A stretch of 37,363 nucleotides of DNA from Bacteroidota bacterium (lineage in GTDB: Bacteria; Bacteroidota; Bacteroidia; Flavobacteriales_D; Crocinitomicaceae). Both the position numbers and the translations under genes were made by a program. The stretch spans positions 1-37,363 of the forward strand of contig JBEDJV010000001.1 of assembly GCA_041172545.1 (NCBI GenBank), in the 5' to 3' direction. Positions 9,776-19,194 of this stretch are shown piece by piece; position 1 is the first letter of the stretch, and every line of letters starts with the position of its first letter. The notes beneath the pieces are model-generated. The model saw only the letters and a program-made list of their open reading frames with translations. It was not told where the DNA came from and searched no databases.

Positions 9776-9793
9776 GGAGGGCTTTGACCCTCC
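9776..9793 (-). terminator. Probable terminator after the OmpA-family gene
   Basis: Hairpin ggaggg-ctttga-ccctcc flanked by AAAA and TTTT. Confidence 0.6.
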
Positions 9794-9822
9794 TTTTCAA
9801 TAATCCTAAATGTTGATTTTAT

Positions 9823-12390
9823 TTAGTCGAATACGACTTTCATTTCAACACGTCTGTTTTTCTGACGTCCTTCCGGTGTGTCATTTGGTGCGATTGGTTT
9901 CGTTTCACCGTAATATTGAGTAACGAAACGTGTTGCGTCGATTCCTTGAGAAACCAAGTAAGCTTTCACTGCTTCTGCTCGTTTTTTAGATAGAAGCATA
10001 TTAGCGGTATCGTCACCTTGATTATCTGTATGTCCGGTAATCTCCAGTTTCCATGTTGGTTTTTTCTTCAACACTTCAGCTAATTCTCCTAAAGATACTT
10101 TCGAACCTTCTAAAATGACATCTTTTGACACTTCGAATTCTAAGTTGTCAAATGCTGTTTTTAAGACTTCAATTACTGCTTGTTCAATCACTGGACATCC
10201 TTTGTTTGATTTAGGTCCTGGTGTATTTGGACAATCGTCGTCTTTGTCTAGAAGCCCATCTTTATCTGTGTCTTTATACGGACAACCTTTATTCGCTGCA
10301 GGACCAGCAAGGGTCGGACATTCGTCATCTTTATCTAAGATTCCATCGTTGTCACCATCTTTATATGGACAACCACGATTTTCTTGAGGACCAGCAACAT
10401 CTGGACATTCATCAATGAAGTCATAAACGCCATCGGCATCTTTGTCTGGGCAACCTTTGTTCTCTTTTGGACCAGCATTGTCAGGACACGCATCATCTGC
10501 ATCTGGTATGCCATCGCTATCACGATCCGGACATCCTTTTAGTGCGAGTAAGCCAGCAACGGTCGGACAAGCGTCTTCTGAATCGATGATTTTATCTCCG
10601 TCTGTATCTGGACATCCTTTGTATTCTTTCAATCCAGCAACATCTGGACAGGCATCTTTTTTGTCGATGATTTTATCTCCATCTTTATCCGGACAACCGT
10701 TAAATTCTTTCGTTCCTGCTTCGTTAATACATTCATCATCTGAATCAGGAATACCATCATTGTCTGTATCTGGACAACCTTTAAATGCCCAAGTTCCTGG
10801 CACATCTTTACATTCATCTTTTCGATTCGAAACTTTGTCTTTATCCCTGTCTTTCGCTCTGTGATAAAGGATTGGTAAACGTGCACCAGCATACAATTCA
10901 ATTCCGCTTACGTCATTTTTAGCAAGCAGGGTTTTCATGTCGGTAATTCCTAAAATCAATGGGCCGATTCGCGTTGCTAAACCATATTTCATTCCACTAT
11001 ATTGATTCATGGAAATCGGCATGTAAACCCCGAAGTAAGGACTATCAAAACTTGGTGTAATGGAGAACTGATTCGCCGTTTTTACCTTGGAGTCTTTTCC
11101 TTTAGGAATCATATTCACCATGGAAGTAGCATTGATGTAGAATCCTTTCCAAATTTGGTAATCGAATTGAAAACTAACCGCTGTTGGTGTACGCATTTTA
11201 AATGTTTGCGATGGATCTTGTAGCGAAACCCACTCTTGGTTTCCTGCGGTAGTTGATTGATTGATTAGACTATCGATAACGCCATCAAATCCTTCCAGGT
11301 TCGTTGCCGTGTTAAAGGTTTGTAAGTTGAATAAGTTGGAGGTGTTTACAGCGAAATTACGGCTTAATCCACCTTTGGTAAATTTCATTCCACCCATATC
11401 AACGATGGAAAATCCTGCACGTAGTTTGTACTTGTTTTCGTCTCGGCGCCATAAATCAGTTTCTCCGTCCATGTCATATTTGAAATTGGCAAATTTTGGA
11501 CGCCATTCGTATACGACTCCAATATCTAAGCCAAAACCAAGTTTAGAAGAAGGATCGATTAGGTCTGCCAAAGTTGGATTTTGCCCAGCTATTCCATTAT
11601 TAATGATTCCATTGATATTGTTGGAATAACCGTAATCAAAGGTTCCTGACAAGTATTGAGATGTATCTTCATTGACTAAATTATAGGAGAAGTCATCTGT
11701 GTGTACATAGGCAGCTGCATGTCCGAGTAAAGCTTTCGGAGCGATACCTATTTTCAAAAAATGTTCTTTGTTATCGATTAACACTTGAGAATAGTTGAAT
11801 CCAACTTCCGACCAAGTCATGTAATTTACATTGAATAATTGTTCGTTGTAAACGGCGTTCCATAAACTGGGGTGCTCTAATCCGTCCTCTGCTAAAACTG
11901 CCAAGGTTGGATCCATGTTGTCCACATTGACAATCGTTCTATTTCGAACATTGAATCCAATCGCCGTTTTTTCGTTGACATGGAACATCGTATTCAATAG
12001 GTCCACTTGGAAATTGATATTCGCGCCGAGCGTTTTTGTGGAGTTTTCGTTGTAGTTGTGAACGACAAAACGGTCAATAAAACTGGAGTCTGGCTGTGTC
12101 CAAGCATTAAAAATAGTTTCATCGCCAAATGATTTATACCACCCATATCCTTTTCCGCCTTGTGCATTGCGCATCGCATTCGCATCAAAATACCCAAAGT
12201 TTTGGTAGATATTCAGATTCGTTCCGAAAAGAAGCATGTCAAATTTGTAGCGTCCATCGACGAAGGTAGCAGGATTCACTTGGTTACCGATTACACCGGC
12301 ATAGTTACTGGAGCCAAGTCCGAGGTAACTTTGTGCGTGAAATTTTGCTTGAATAGCAAAAAGGGAGAGACAGATCAGTAGTTTTTTCAT
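9823..12390 (-). CDS. OmpA-family outer-membrane protein: N-terminal ~520-aa barrel-like domain, seven thrombospondin type-3 (Ca-binding) repeats, C-terminal OmpA/peptidoglycan-binding domain
   Basis: Signal peptide; seven repeats of CPDxDxDGIxDxxDxCPxxxGxxxxxG; C-terminal TGHTDNQGDDTANMLLSKKRAEAVKAYL..NRRVEMKV. 855 aa. Confidence 0.88.
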   Translation of the reverse strand: MKKLLICLSLFAIQAKFHAQSYLGLGSSNYAGVIGNQVNPATFVDGRYKFDMLLFGTNLNIYQNFGYFDANAMRNAQGGKGYGWYKSFGDETIFNAWTQPDSSFIDRFVVHNYNENSTKTLGANINFQVDLLNTMFHVNEKTAIGFNVRNRTIVNVDNMDPTLAVLAEDGLEHPSLWNAVYNEQLFNVNYMTWSEVGFNYSQVLIDNKEHFLKIGIAPKALLGHAAAYVHTDDFSYNLVNEDTSQYLSGTFDYGYSNNINGIINNGIAGQNPTLADLIDPSSKLGFGLDIGVVYEWRPKFANFKYDMDGETDLWRRDENKYKLRAGFSIVDMGGMKFTKGGLSRNFAVNTSNLFNLQTFNTATNLEGFDGVIDSLINQSTTAGNQEWVSLQDPSQTFKMRTPTAVSFQFDYQIWKGFYINATSMVNMIPKGKDSKVKTANQFSITPSFDSPYFGVYMPISMNQYSGMKYGLATRIGPLILGITDMKTLLAKNDVSGIELYAGARLPILYHRAKDRDKDKVSNRKDECKDVPGTWAFKGCPDTDNDGIPDSDDECINEAGTKEFNGCPDKDGDKIIDKKDACPDVAGLKEYKGCPDTDGDKIIDSEDACPTVAGLLALKGCPDRDSDGIPDADDACPDNAGPKENKGCPDKDADGVYDFIDECPDVAGPQENRGCPYKDGDNDGILDKDDECPTLAGPAANKGCPYKDTDKDGLLDKDDDCPNTPGPKSNKGCPVIEQAVIEVLKTAFDNLEFEVSKDVILEGSKVSLGELAEVLKKKPTWKLEITGHTDNQGDDTANMLLSKKRAEAVKAYLVSQGIDATRFVTQYYGETKPIAPNDTPEGRQKNRRVEMKVVFD
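10198..10776 (-). repeat. Seven tandem TSP type-3 repeat units (27-29 codons each) inside the OmpA-family gene
   Basis: Protein residues ~539-731. This periodic Asp/Cys/Pro coding produces several long spurious ORFs on both strands (10115-10901). Confidence 0.85.
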
Positions 12391-12393
12391 AGT

Positions 12394-14562
12394 TTATTGC
12401 TTGGTATATTGAATGAGATAGGATCCTAAGAACGTTGTGATGGAGTAGGCGTTAGTCCCGAAAGGACTTACTTGTACTTTTATTTCACCGTGGCGTTCAT
12501 TTTGGTCACTAGCGCGTCCGAGTTGGTCAAATATAAATAATTCATTTTCAAGGGCATCAAGAATGCAAAGAATTGGCGTCCCATTTTTTGATTTTTGGAT
12601 ACTTAACGCACTAATTTCTTGTGCAGAAATAGTTTTTTCCCAAATGATTTTTCCGTTTTGATAAGCGTATAATTCTTTTCCACGGGATAAAATAATCGTT
12701 AATTCCTTGTTTAACAGATAAGACCCGAGCAATTTAACGTTGCTTTTCGTGGAAAATTGTGTGGTCTTGCCATTTTTGATCATCGTTAAATTTGAATTTC
12801 TCGCAGAAATTGGGATTAAATCCACTCCAGTATTGACGAGACTATACGTACTATCCATGTTCACTTTACTGAGTGTTTTACGCTTCTCTAGGTCAATCGT
12901 ATAATACATACTTGAGGTAAGCACGCCGAGTATTGGTTTTTTTGCCTGCGTAGTTACAGCAATTTGTTTAATCGTTCCGTTCACTTGGAATGGTTTGATG
13001 ACTGTCCCTTTATCGTTTAGGATCTGAATACTTTTATCCGTATTTGCTATGACAAACTCCATTTTGTTTTTAGCGAAATATGCGCTTGGAGTAATGTTGT
13101 TTTGTGAGCTCATGCGAAAAACAAGACGTCCGGTTTTATCGAAGAGTTGGGTTTCGGTAGCGAATTGAACAGAAACAAAAGATTGACCAATATCGATCAA
13201 CTGCATGGATAATACCTCTTGCGGACAAGGCTTCTCCCATTTTTTTAGACCGTTAATGTAGCCAACTAGGGTGTGATTTTCGGTCAGTGCAATGACATTT
13301 CCTCTTTCCGGAAATGCCGCAAAGTCGATTACACGCACACCAGGGTTCATGACAAAGTAATCCTTGATTTTCTGATTTTCTTTGCGGTCAACGACATCAA
13401 TCAATCGACAATTCGTTTCCACTAATTTTTTTCCATAAACACTTATAGACTGTTGCTTCGATTTGGACACGTGTCGAAAGGCTACTTTTTTCGGAAGGTT
13501 CCCATAAACAGCTAGTGTTCTTTTTTCATCCTGAGAAAGTGTATTAGAAAGTTCCGACTCTGAAATGACGTAATCAAGGAATTCTTTGGATGTAGAAACG
13601 ACCGCAAATCCATCTATTAAAGCAATGTGCAACGAAGGCTTTTGTGAACTGCCATCGTCGTATTCCTCCAAGATTTTTGCAAAACGCAGGTGCTTGTATT
13701 CGGCACTTAGTTCATCCAAACCTTCTATTTGAAGGTGTTCGTTTAAAATATCGATCGGACTGTAGTCTTCTTGGTAATCAAATATAGCCGCACAGTGCTT
13801 GTCTTTTGTCACAAAAACGACACCACTAGAAATCATTTGTTTTGAAAATACCGAATGCGCAAAAACGGGGTCCACTTTCGCTAAATAGGAGCGTTCATAA
13901 AAAGAATAACTTTCGATATTAGACGGGACAACCGGTGCGAAAATTCGACGGTCATCTAATTCCTTGATTGAATTCTTGCCGATAGAGCTCTTTGTGTAGG
14001 TATAAATTCGTCCCTTTTTTAGGTATATGTCGCTGACACGTCCCCCATTTTTTTTAGTAGATAGAATGACGCGACTGAGGCTAGCTTTGGCATCTACTTG
14101 AAAGGACTTCTCATTCGCTGCGTCAAGATCACCATCGTAAATTAACAATTGATTCCCTTTAAAAACACCATGAAGTTTTCCGTATTCAAATGAATTTAAT
14201 TTACCAAGTTCAATGGGAAACAAACCATTTTGAAACAGTTGTTGAATTTCCTTCTTAGTCCAAGAACTTCTTTTTTCAACCAAAAACAACACTTTTTTTG
14301 CACTAAAGAAATAGGAGCACGGCTCCTCTAAACGTGTAGACAAAGAAGAGTATAGTGCTTGATTGAGTGATACTGTTTGAATTCCATGATCTGCCCAATT
14401 CACTTCATTCGGCTGGTGGATAGCCCAAATCGCTCCGTCGGAAACGTGAAAGTGTGCTCTGAAATCGTGTGTGTTTTCCTTTTGAAGTAGGTCGTAAGAA
14501 ACAAATCCAATCCAAGTAATTAAGAACATGCCGAGCAGGGCAAGAAGCAAGCGTTTCATCAT
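12394..14562 (-). CDS. Hypothetical N-terminally membrane-anchored protein, C-terminal half with a beta-propeller-like periodicity
   Basis: 722 aa with a single N-terminal TM/signal anchor (LLLALLGMFLITWIGFVSY). I recognise no family motif. Its stop is 3 nt from the start of the OmpA-family gene. Confidence 0.6.
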   Translation of the reverse strand: MMKRLLLALLGMFLITWIGFVSYDLLQKENTHDFRAHFHVSDGAIWAIHQPNEVNWADHGIQTVSLNQALYSSLSTRLEEPCSYFFSAKKVLFLVEKRSSWTKKEIQQLFQNGLFPIELGKLNSFEYGKLHGVFKGNQLLIYDGDLDAANEKSFQVDAKASLSRVILSTKKNGGRVSDIYLKKGRIYTYTKSSIGKNSIKELDDRRIFAPVVPSNIESYSFYERSYLAKVDPVFAHSVFSKQMISSGVVFVTKDKHCAAIFDYQEDYSPIDILNEHLQIEGLDELSAEYKHLRFAKILEEYDDGSSQKPSLHIALIDGFAVVSTSKEFLDYVISESELSNTLSQDEKRTLAVYGNLPKKVAFRHVSKSKQQSISVYGKKLVETNCRLIDVVDRKENQKIKDYFVMNPGVRVIDFAAFPERGNVIALTENHTLVGYINGLKKWEKPCPQEVLSMQLIDIGQSFVSVQFATETQLFDKTGRLVFRMSSQNNITPSAYFAKNKMEFVIANTDKSIQILNDKGTVIKPFQVNGTIKQIAVTTQAKKPILGVLTSSMYYTIDLEKRKTLSKVNMDSTYSLVNTGVDLIPISARNSNLTMIKNGKTTQFSTKSNVKLLGSYLLNKELTIILSRGKELYAYQNGKIIWEKTISAQEISALSIQKSKNGTPILCILDALENELFIFDQLGRASDQNERHGEIKVQVSPFGTNAYSITTFLGSYLIQYTKQ

Positions 14563-14640
14563 TTCACGTATTTATTCAAAAATAGCTCGAAATCGATGTC
14601 CTGAGAACGCTAATATTGATTTAAATTAACAAGTGAATGT

Positions 14641-15252
14641 TTACTCGAATAAATCAAGTTGACTTTTATCCGCGAGCAGGCGAAAAGTCATCCGATGATG
14701 TTGACTTGGACCATGTTTTTCGATTGCCGAACGGTGTTCAATTGTTGGATATCCTTTGTTTTTTTTCCACTGATAAACGGGGTATTCTTCATGTAATTGC
14801 TCCATGATTTCATCCCTTTTTGTTTTCGCTAAAATGGATGCTGCTGCAATGGATTGGTATTTCGCATCACCTTTGATGATACATAAATGAGGAATGTTTG
14901 GATATGCTTTGAAGCGATTTCCGTCGATGAGTAAAAATTCCGGTTTAACGGTCAATTGGTCTACCGCACGATGCATCGCCAGAAAACTCGCATTAAGGAT
15001 ATTGATTTCGTCAATTTCTTCGTGTGAAACGATTCCAATTGCGTAGGCGAGGGCATCACTCATAATCTGATCACGGAGAAGCAGTCTATTTTTCTCGTTG
15101 ATTTGTTTTGAGTCGTTGAGTGCTGCGATAGGCTTAGTTGGGTCTAAAATTACGGCAGCGGCAACAACAGGGCCACTTAAACACCCGCGACCTGCTTCAT
15201 CGCAGCCACCTTCCATGCGTCCGAGTTCAAAGTATGCGAATAAATTTGCCAT
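14641..15252 (-). CDS. rnhB: Ribonuclease HII
   Basis: CDEAGRGCLSGPVVAAAV (catalytic DEAGRG), LIDGN, DAKYQSIAAASILAK. The ORF-track start at 15261 is a TTG, so I prefer the ATG at 15252 (MANLFAYF...). Confidence 0.9.
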   Translation of the reverse strand: MANLFAYFELGRMEGGCDEAGRGCLSGPVVAAAVILDPTKPIAALNDSKQINEKNRLLLRDQIMSDALAYAIGIVSHEEIDEINILNASFLAMHRAVDQLTVKPEFLLIDGNRFKAYPNIPHLCIIKGDAKYQSIAAASILAKTKRDEIMEQLHEEYPVYQWKKNKGYPTIEHRSAIEKHGPSQHHRMTFRLLADKSQLDLFE

Positions 15253-15312
15253 TGGATTCAAAATTGCAAAATATTTTGTAGATTAGCACATACGATTTTA
15301 AACCACCTCGCT

Positions 15313-15684
15313 ATGAAACATGTTCTTTTTGGAATCCTTTTCTTTTTATCGGGTTCAATTTCTTTTGCACAAACGGCAAACACAGCTAGTTGTCCATCAT
15401 CTAAAAACCTTAAAGAAGGTGTTGCTTCAGGTAAAATCGAGGTGACGTTACCAAATCAACTGAGTCCAGAAGACGTGGCGACTTTTGCGAAATACTACGA
15501 GCCTTTTTTCTTTGTTGATTTTAATTCAAAAAATCACGTGGCAACTTTTCAAATGGTGAACAATACCTCTGATTCTCGTCGTGTAATTTTACGTTTTTTA
15601 TCTGCTAATCAAATTCAAACGGTTTTGGTTGATGGCAAATCATACCAATTACAAGACTTCTATCAAAATTTCCTTGAAAAATGA
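15313..15684 (+). CDS. Small secreted hypothetical protein
   Basis: 123 aa with a signal peptide ending SFAQT. ATGA overlap with the next gene. Confidence 0.55.
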   Translation: MKHVLFGILFFLSGSISFAQTANTASCPSSKNLKEGVASGKIEVTLPNQLSPEDVATFAKYYEPFFFVDFNSKNHVATFQMVNNTSDSRRVILRFLSANQIQTVLVDGKSYQLQDFYQNFLEK

Positions 15685-16166
15685 GAACTTATTTCGCGTC
15701 TATTTTAAGTATTGGATTAATTCTACAAAGTTGTGGTTCCGAAAAGGAGGCCTTTAAACATTATGGACCAACAGCAGTTGATAGTGCTAAAGCCATTTCG
15801 ATGGATGATATGGTGAAACAATTCAACCAGAATCCACAACAAGATACCTTTACCTTTTATGCTCCAATCGTGAATGTTTGTCAGAGCGCAGGATGTTGGG
15901 TAAATGTGAAAAAAACGGACGGAGATTTACTCCGTATTCGTTTTAAAGACCATTTTGGAATTCCTCCAAAAACAGAAACAGGAAATGTCGCTTATTTTCA
16001 TGGAACGGCATATTACGATACCATTTCAGTACAACTTCAGAAACACTTTCTAGAAGATGGGAATGCACCTCAATCAGAAATTGACAAGATTGTTGCTCCT
16101 AAAATTGAAATGAATTTTCTTGCAGACGGAGTACTTATTCCTACTTCCTCCTCAAAACAAAAATAA
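15681..16166 (+). CDS. DUF4920-like lipoprotein
   Basis: Lipobox LILQSC. The VCQSAGCWVNV..RIRFKDHFGIPP pattern matches the VCQxxGCW..F.P core I associate with DUF4920. 161 aa. Confidence 0.6.
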   Translation: MRTYFASILSIGLILQSCGSEKEAFKHYGPTAVDSAKAISMDDMVKQFNQNPQQDTFTFYAPIVNVCQSAGCWVNVKKTDGDLLRIRFKDHFGIPPKTETGNVAYFHGTAYYDTISVQLQKHFLEDGNAPQSEIDKIVAPKIEMNFLADGVLIPTSSSKQK

Positions 16167-16302
16167 GGGCTAGAATAGAAAAGAGATGGACCATTATTTC
16201 TATCCACCAATTTTTGGATAAGAAGATGGCTGCCATGTTCGCTGGAATCAATACGATTGCCAGCAAATGAAACCTTCCTTGAAGTTTTTTATCTGAAATC
16301 AT
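16141..16302 (-). CDS. Candidate unannotated 53-aa two-TM membrane protein
   Basis: My own translation: MISDKKLQGRFHLLAIVLIPANMAAIFLSKNWWIEIMVHLFSILALIFVLRRK. ATG start 14 nt inside the 3' end of the upstream cyclo-ligase gene. It fills an otherwise hairpin-free 122-bp gap between convergent genes. It falls below the ORF-track size cut-off. Confidence 0.3.
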   Translation of the reverse strand: MISDKKLQGRFHLLAIVLIPANMAAIFLSKNWWIEIMVHLFSILALIFVLRRK

Positions 16303-16855
16303 AGATTCCTTTAGGTGTAATGCACATGTGAAGAGCTATGTCGTTCTCGTGAAGGTCGTCGACCTGGGTGAATTCATCGAACAAGTGAAGTCCAATGAAT
16401 ACACATTCAGGCTTACATCGAACTAGTAAACGGTCGTAGAATCCTTTCCCATATCCAACGCGAAATCCTTTGTCGTTAAGCCCCAAAAGAGGCACAAAAA
16501 CGAAGTCTAACTCTTCTGCTTGAATTTCTAAGCCATTCTTTGGTTCGGGAATACCAATGTTGTTTAACGTCAATTGGCTTTCGCCTTCATAAAGAAATAA
16601 TCGCATACTTAGATCGGAAAAATTGGATGACGCTACGACTGGGTGTCCACCTTGTTTGGTGATGTCCTCAAGCAAGCCAAAAGTATTGATTTCTCTTTGA
16701 CGTTCGATCGGTAAAAACAAGTGAACGTATTTGTCCCTAAAAGAAAAAGAATCCCACACAAGCGCTTGGACTTGTGATGAGATTCTTTCTATGTCGTTTG
16801 GACTAAGTCCCGATCTTTTTTCTTTATAAAAGGATCTGATTTCCGATTTGAGCAT
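16289..16855 (-). CDS. 5-formyltetrahydrofolate cyclo-ligase
   Basis: Signature GYGKGFYDR and the overall ~190-aa size. The track start at 16858 is TTG, and the adjacent ATG at 16855 is more likely. Confidence 0.85.
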   Translation of the reverse strand: MLKSEIRSFYKEKRSGLSPNDIERISSQVQALVWDSFSFRDKYVHLFLPIERQREINTFGLLEDITKQGGHPVVASSNFSDLSMRLFLYEGESQLTLNNIGIPEPKNGLEIQAEELDFVFVPLLGLNDKGFRVGYGKGFYDRLLVRCKPECVFIGLHLFDEFTQVDDLHENDIALHMCITPKGIYDFR

Positions 16856-16876
16856 CAAAAAATCAATATAGGGTGA

Positions 16877-19108
16877 TTACAGACGTAATCTTAATTCATT
16901 CAATTTACGGTTATCAATAACTTCCGCTTTTTTTCTGAGTGCTCCTATAACTTGACCTTGGAATGATCCTTTTAAGGTTTTCGTCATTTCATCACGTTCC
17001 ACTTTAAATGAAGTGCTTGCTGGCGCTTTGGTTGTTTTCATGATTTGCACCATGTACACACCGCTTTTTCCTTTTAAAGGCAAGGTGCGTTTGCCATCTT
17101 TCATTACTGAAGAGAATAACATACCAATGATTTCTGGCTCGTACCCAACGTTTGCGATTTGTGGATTAGCAAAGGTTATCTCAGCTGTTTGAACCATTAA
17201 GTTGCATTTTTTAGCAACAGATTTCAATGAGTTTCCTTTAGACATTTGGTTCATAAATCGTTTTGCTTTTTTCTCGATAATGAGCTCTCTTTCCATTTCG
17301 GCTTTCACGTTTTCAAATGTTGGCTCTCCTTCTTCTTTAATGGAGCTTACCATTCCGATAATGTACTTGTCTTTATCCTTGATTGGGTAGGTAGTTAATG
17401 ATCCAACCTCTACACCTTCGCTGTACGCTAACTCAAGAATTTTGTCAGCTGCCATAGATGTGGCAAATCCGTACGTTTTTGGTGCTTTGTCCTCTAACAT
17501 GATAGAACGAGCAACATAGTTTGCTTGACGCACGATTGTATCAAACAAGCTTACTTTTTTCAACAAGTCAGAAGTTTTACCAATTTTTCTATCCAATTTA
17601 TAAAGGATGTTATTGATTTCACTTTCTTTATTGCTGATGGTTTCTTCTGAAGCCTTAAACTGTTTTGAAATCGATGCCAATACAGGTAGTTTAGAAGCAT
17701 CTCTTTCCATTACTTCAACAATGTGGAAACCAAATTCTGTTTTCACTACACCAAATTTATTCAATGGAGCTGTAGCACAGTATGAACCGAATTCCGCAAC
17801 CATATCCCCTTCAAGGAAATTATCAATAACTCCGCCTGCTTTTTTAGATTGGGTATCATCAGAGAATTTATCAGATAGTGCTACGAAGTTATCTTTATTG
17901 ATCACTTTCAATAAACTATCAGCTGTTTTGCGTTTTGCGTCAATTACTTTTGCGTCTTTAGATCCACCAGTAGCCAACAAAATGTGACGCGCTTTCAATC
18001 GAGACGGTGTAAAACCAATTACTTTCGAAATCACCATATTTTCTTTCATCGCGTATGGGCCAACCACTTGTCCAATAGCAGCCAATTTGAAGATCGTATC
18101 ATAAGAAATTGGATACGTTTGGTATTGGTTAGATTTAGGATTTCCTTCTGGAACAGCTGTTGAACGTTTGTTGTTAAAATAAACTTTCACGTCGCTATTA
18201 CGAAGAACGTACAATGAATCGTTTGTTGACGTAATGAATCCTGCTTTCAATTCATTTAACATGGAATTCATTTTATTCGTATCCGCTTTGGAAGGAGCAA
18301 CAACCACATCGAAAACTTTCACTTCACGAGAAGATGAACGAATCGCATATTTTTTATCCGATTTATGCTCATCATAGTACGCTTGTAATTCGCTATTTGA
18401 AACCTTGATGTTTGCATCGGCGATGTCTGTGTATGGACGGAAAACAAACGAAATAGATTTCGCTTCTTTCGCTGCATAATATTTATCTTCAGCCTCCAAG
18501 TTCGTTACGAAAGCTGCTTGATCAAGGATGCCAAAGTATTTCTCACGTTTCCTTGTGTCCGTGTAATACTGTTTTGTTCCATTCCATTGTTGAACAGCTT
18601 GCGGTTCTTTACTCGTTTTCAATTTCGTCAACGTAGATTGAAGTTTTTTTCTTCCTTCTACCATGGATTGAGGAGAAACAACTCCGGTTGCTGAATCAAC
18701 AAAAAATTGATTTAAGTCCTGAATAATGTTGAATCCGTCAGTTGCCATTAAATAGGCATTGAACTCACGTTCCGATACAGAAATACCTAAGGCTTCGTAT
18801 TCTTTGCTTAGTATGGTTGAATCCACTAAATAGTTCCAGCTATTGTCATTTGCAGATTCCATGTCCGCATCTGTGAACTCTTTGTTATTCTGCATTGCTT
18901 GATTTCTACCTTGCTCCTGAAATTTGGTGCTTGCAACGGTGTAGTCTTTAGGGTCAACTTTTTCCCCGTAAACAGTACCAATTCCATATTGACCTTCATT
19001 TATCCCCAACATTTGTTGGTAATCTGATAAGATAAAAGTTGCTAATGCAAGTCCTACAATTCCAACAAGTAATCCTGATTTCGAACGTATTTTTCCGATA
19101 ATTGCCAT
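16877..19108 (-). CDS. PpiD/SurA-like periplasmic chaperone, parvulin-type peptidyl-prolyl isomerase, N-terminally anchored
   Basis: 743 aa. N-terminal TM anchor (GLLVGIVGLALATFIL) and a parvulin core (ARHILL...FGFHIVEV). Confidence 0.85.
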   Translation of the reverse strand: MAIIGKIRSKSGLLVGIVGLALATFILSDYQQMLGINEGQYGIGTVYGEKVDPKDYTVASTKFQEQGRNQAMQNNKEFTDADMESANDNSWNYLVDSTILSKEYEALGISVSEREFNAYLMATDGFNIIQDLNQFFVDSATGVVSPQSMVEGRKKLQSTLTKLKTSKEPQAVQQWNGTKQYYTDTRKREKYFGILDQAAFVTNLEAEDKYYAAKEAKSISFVFRPYTDIADANIKVSNSELQAYYDEHKSDKKYAIRSSSREVKVFDVVVAPSKADTNKMNSMLNELKAGFITSTNDSLYVLRNSDVKVYFNNKRSTAVPEGNPKSNQYQTYPISYDTIFKLAAIGQVVGPYAMKENMVISKVIGFTPSRLKARHILLATGGSKDAKVIDAKRKTADSLLKVINKDNFVALSDKFSDDTQSKKAGGVIDNFLEGDMVAEFGSYCATAPLNKFGVVKTEFGFHIVEVMERDASKLPVLASISKQFKASEETISNKESEINNILYKLDRKIGKTSDLLKKVSLFDTIVRQANYVARSIMLEDKAPKTYGFATSMAADKILELAYSEGVEVGSLTTYPIKDKDKYIIGMVSSIKEEGEPTFENVKAEMERELIIEKKAKRFMNQMSKGNSLKSVAKKCNLMVQTAEITFANPQIANVGYEPEIIGMLFSSVMKDGKRTLPLKGKSGVYMVQIMKTTKAPASTSFKVERDEMTKTLKGSFQGQVIGALRKKAEVIDNRKLNELRLRL

Positions 19109-19176
19109 TTCACTAAATTTTAAGATTGCGAATATAGCAAGAAATGATGAAAAATACTACTATTCCGAATAAAAAA

Positions 19177-19194
19177 GGAGGCTTATTTGCCTCC
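19177..19194 (-). terminator. Rho-independent terminator overlapping the stop codon of the 1,981-aa gene
   Basis: On the minus strand, ggaggc-aaataa-gcctcc followed by TTTTTTATT. The last Gly codons and the TAA lie inside the stem-loop. Confidence 0.75.

Noticed and set aside
10115-10901. Several 60-140-aa ORFs on both strands (10115-10387, 10221-10418, 10335-10523, 10442-10864, 10629-10901) overlapping the OmpA-family gene
   Set aside because: They lie exactly over the seven TSP type-3 repeats. The periodic GAT/GAC/TGT/CCA coding keeps alternative frames open, and their products are low-complexity Ser/Gly/Pro or Met/Gln strings. They are frame shadows, not genes.
14621-14640. TTAAC..GAATGT-like words upstream of the 722-aa gene, resembling the candidate operator cores at 6724-6757 and 9719-9765
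   Set aside because: These are short AT-rich words with no inverted or phased repeat structure here, so they are probably chance occurrences.
15253-15261. N-terminal extensions from non-ATG starts in the ORF track: rnhB TTG at 15261, cyclo-ligase TTG at 16858, di-haem enzyme TTG at 31469, and the downstream GlyRS fragment TTG at 27427
   Set aside because: In each case the next ATG gives a better start: an ATGA coupling, a proper signal peptide, or a conserved N-terminus. The 27427 start is only a by-product of the frameshift.
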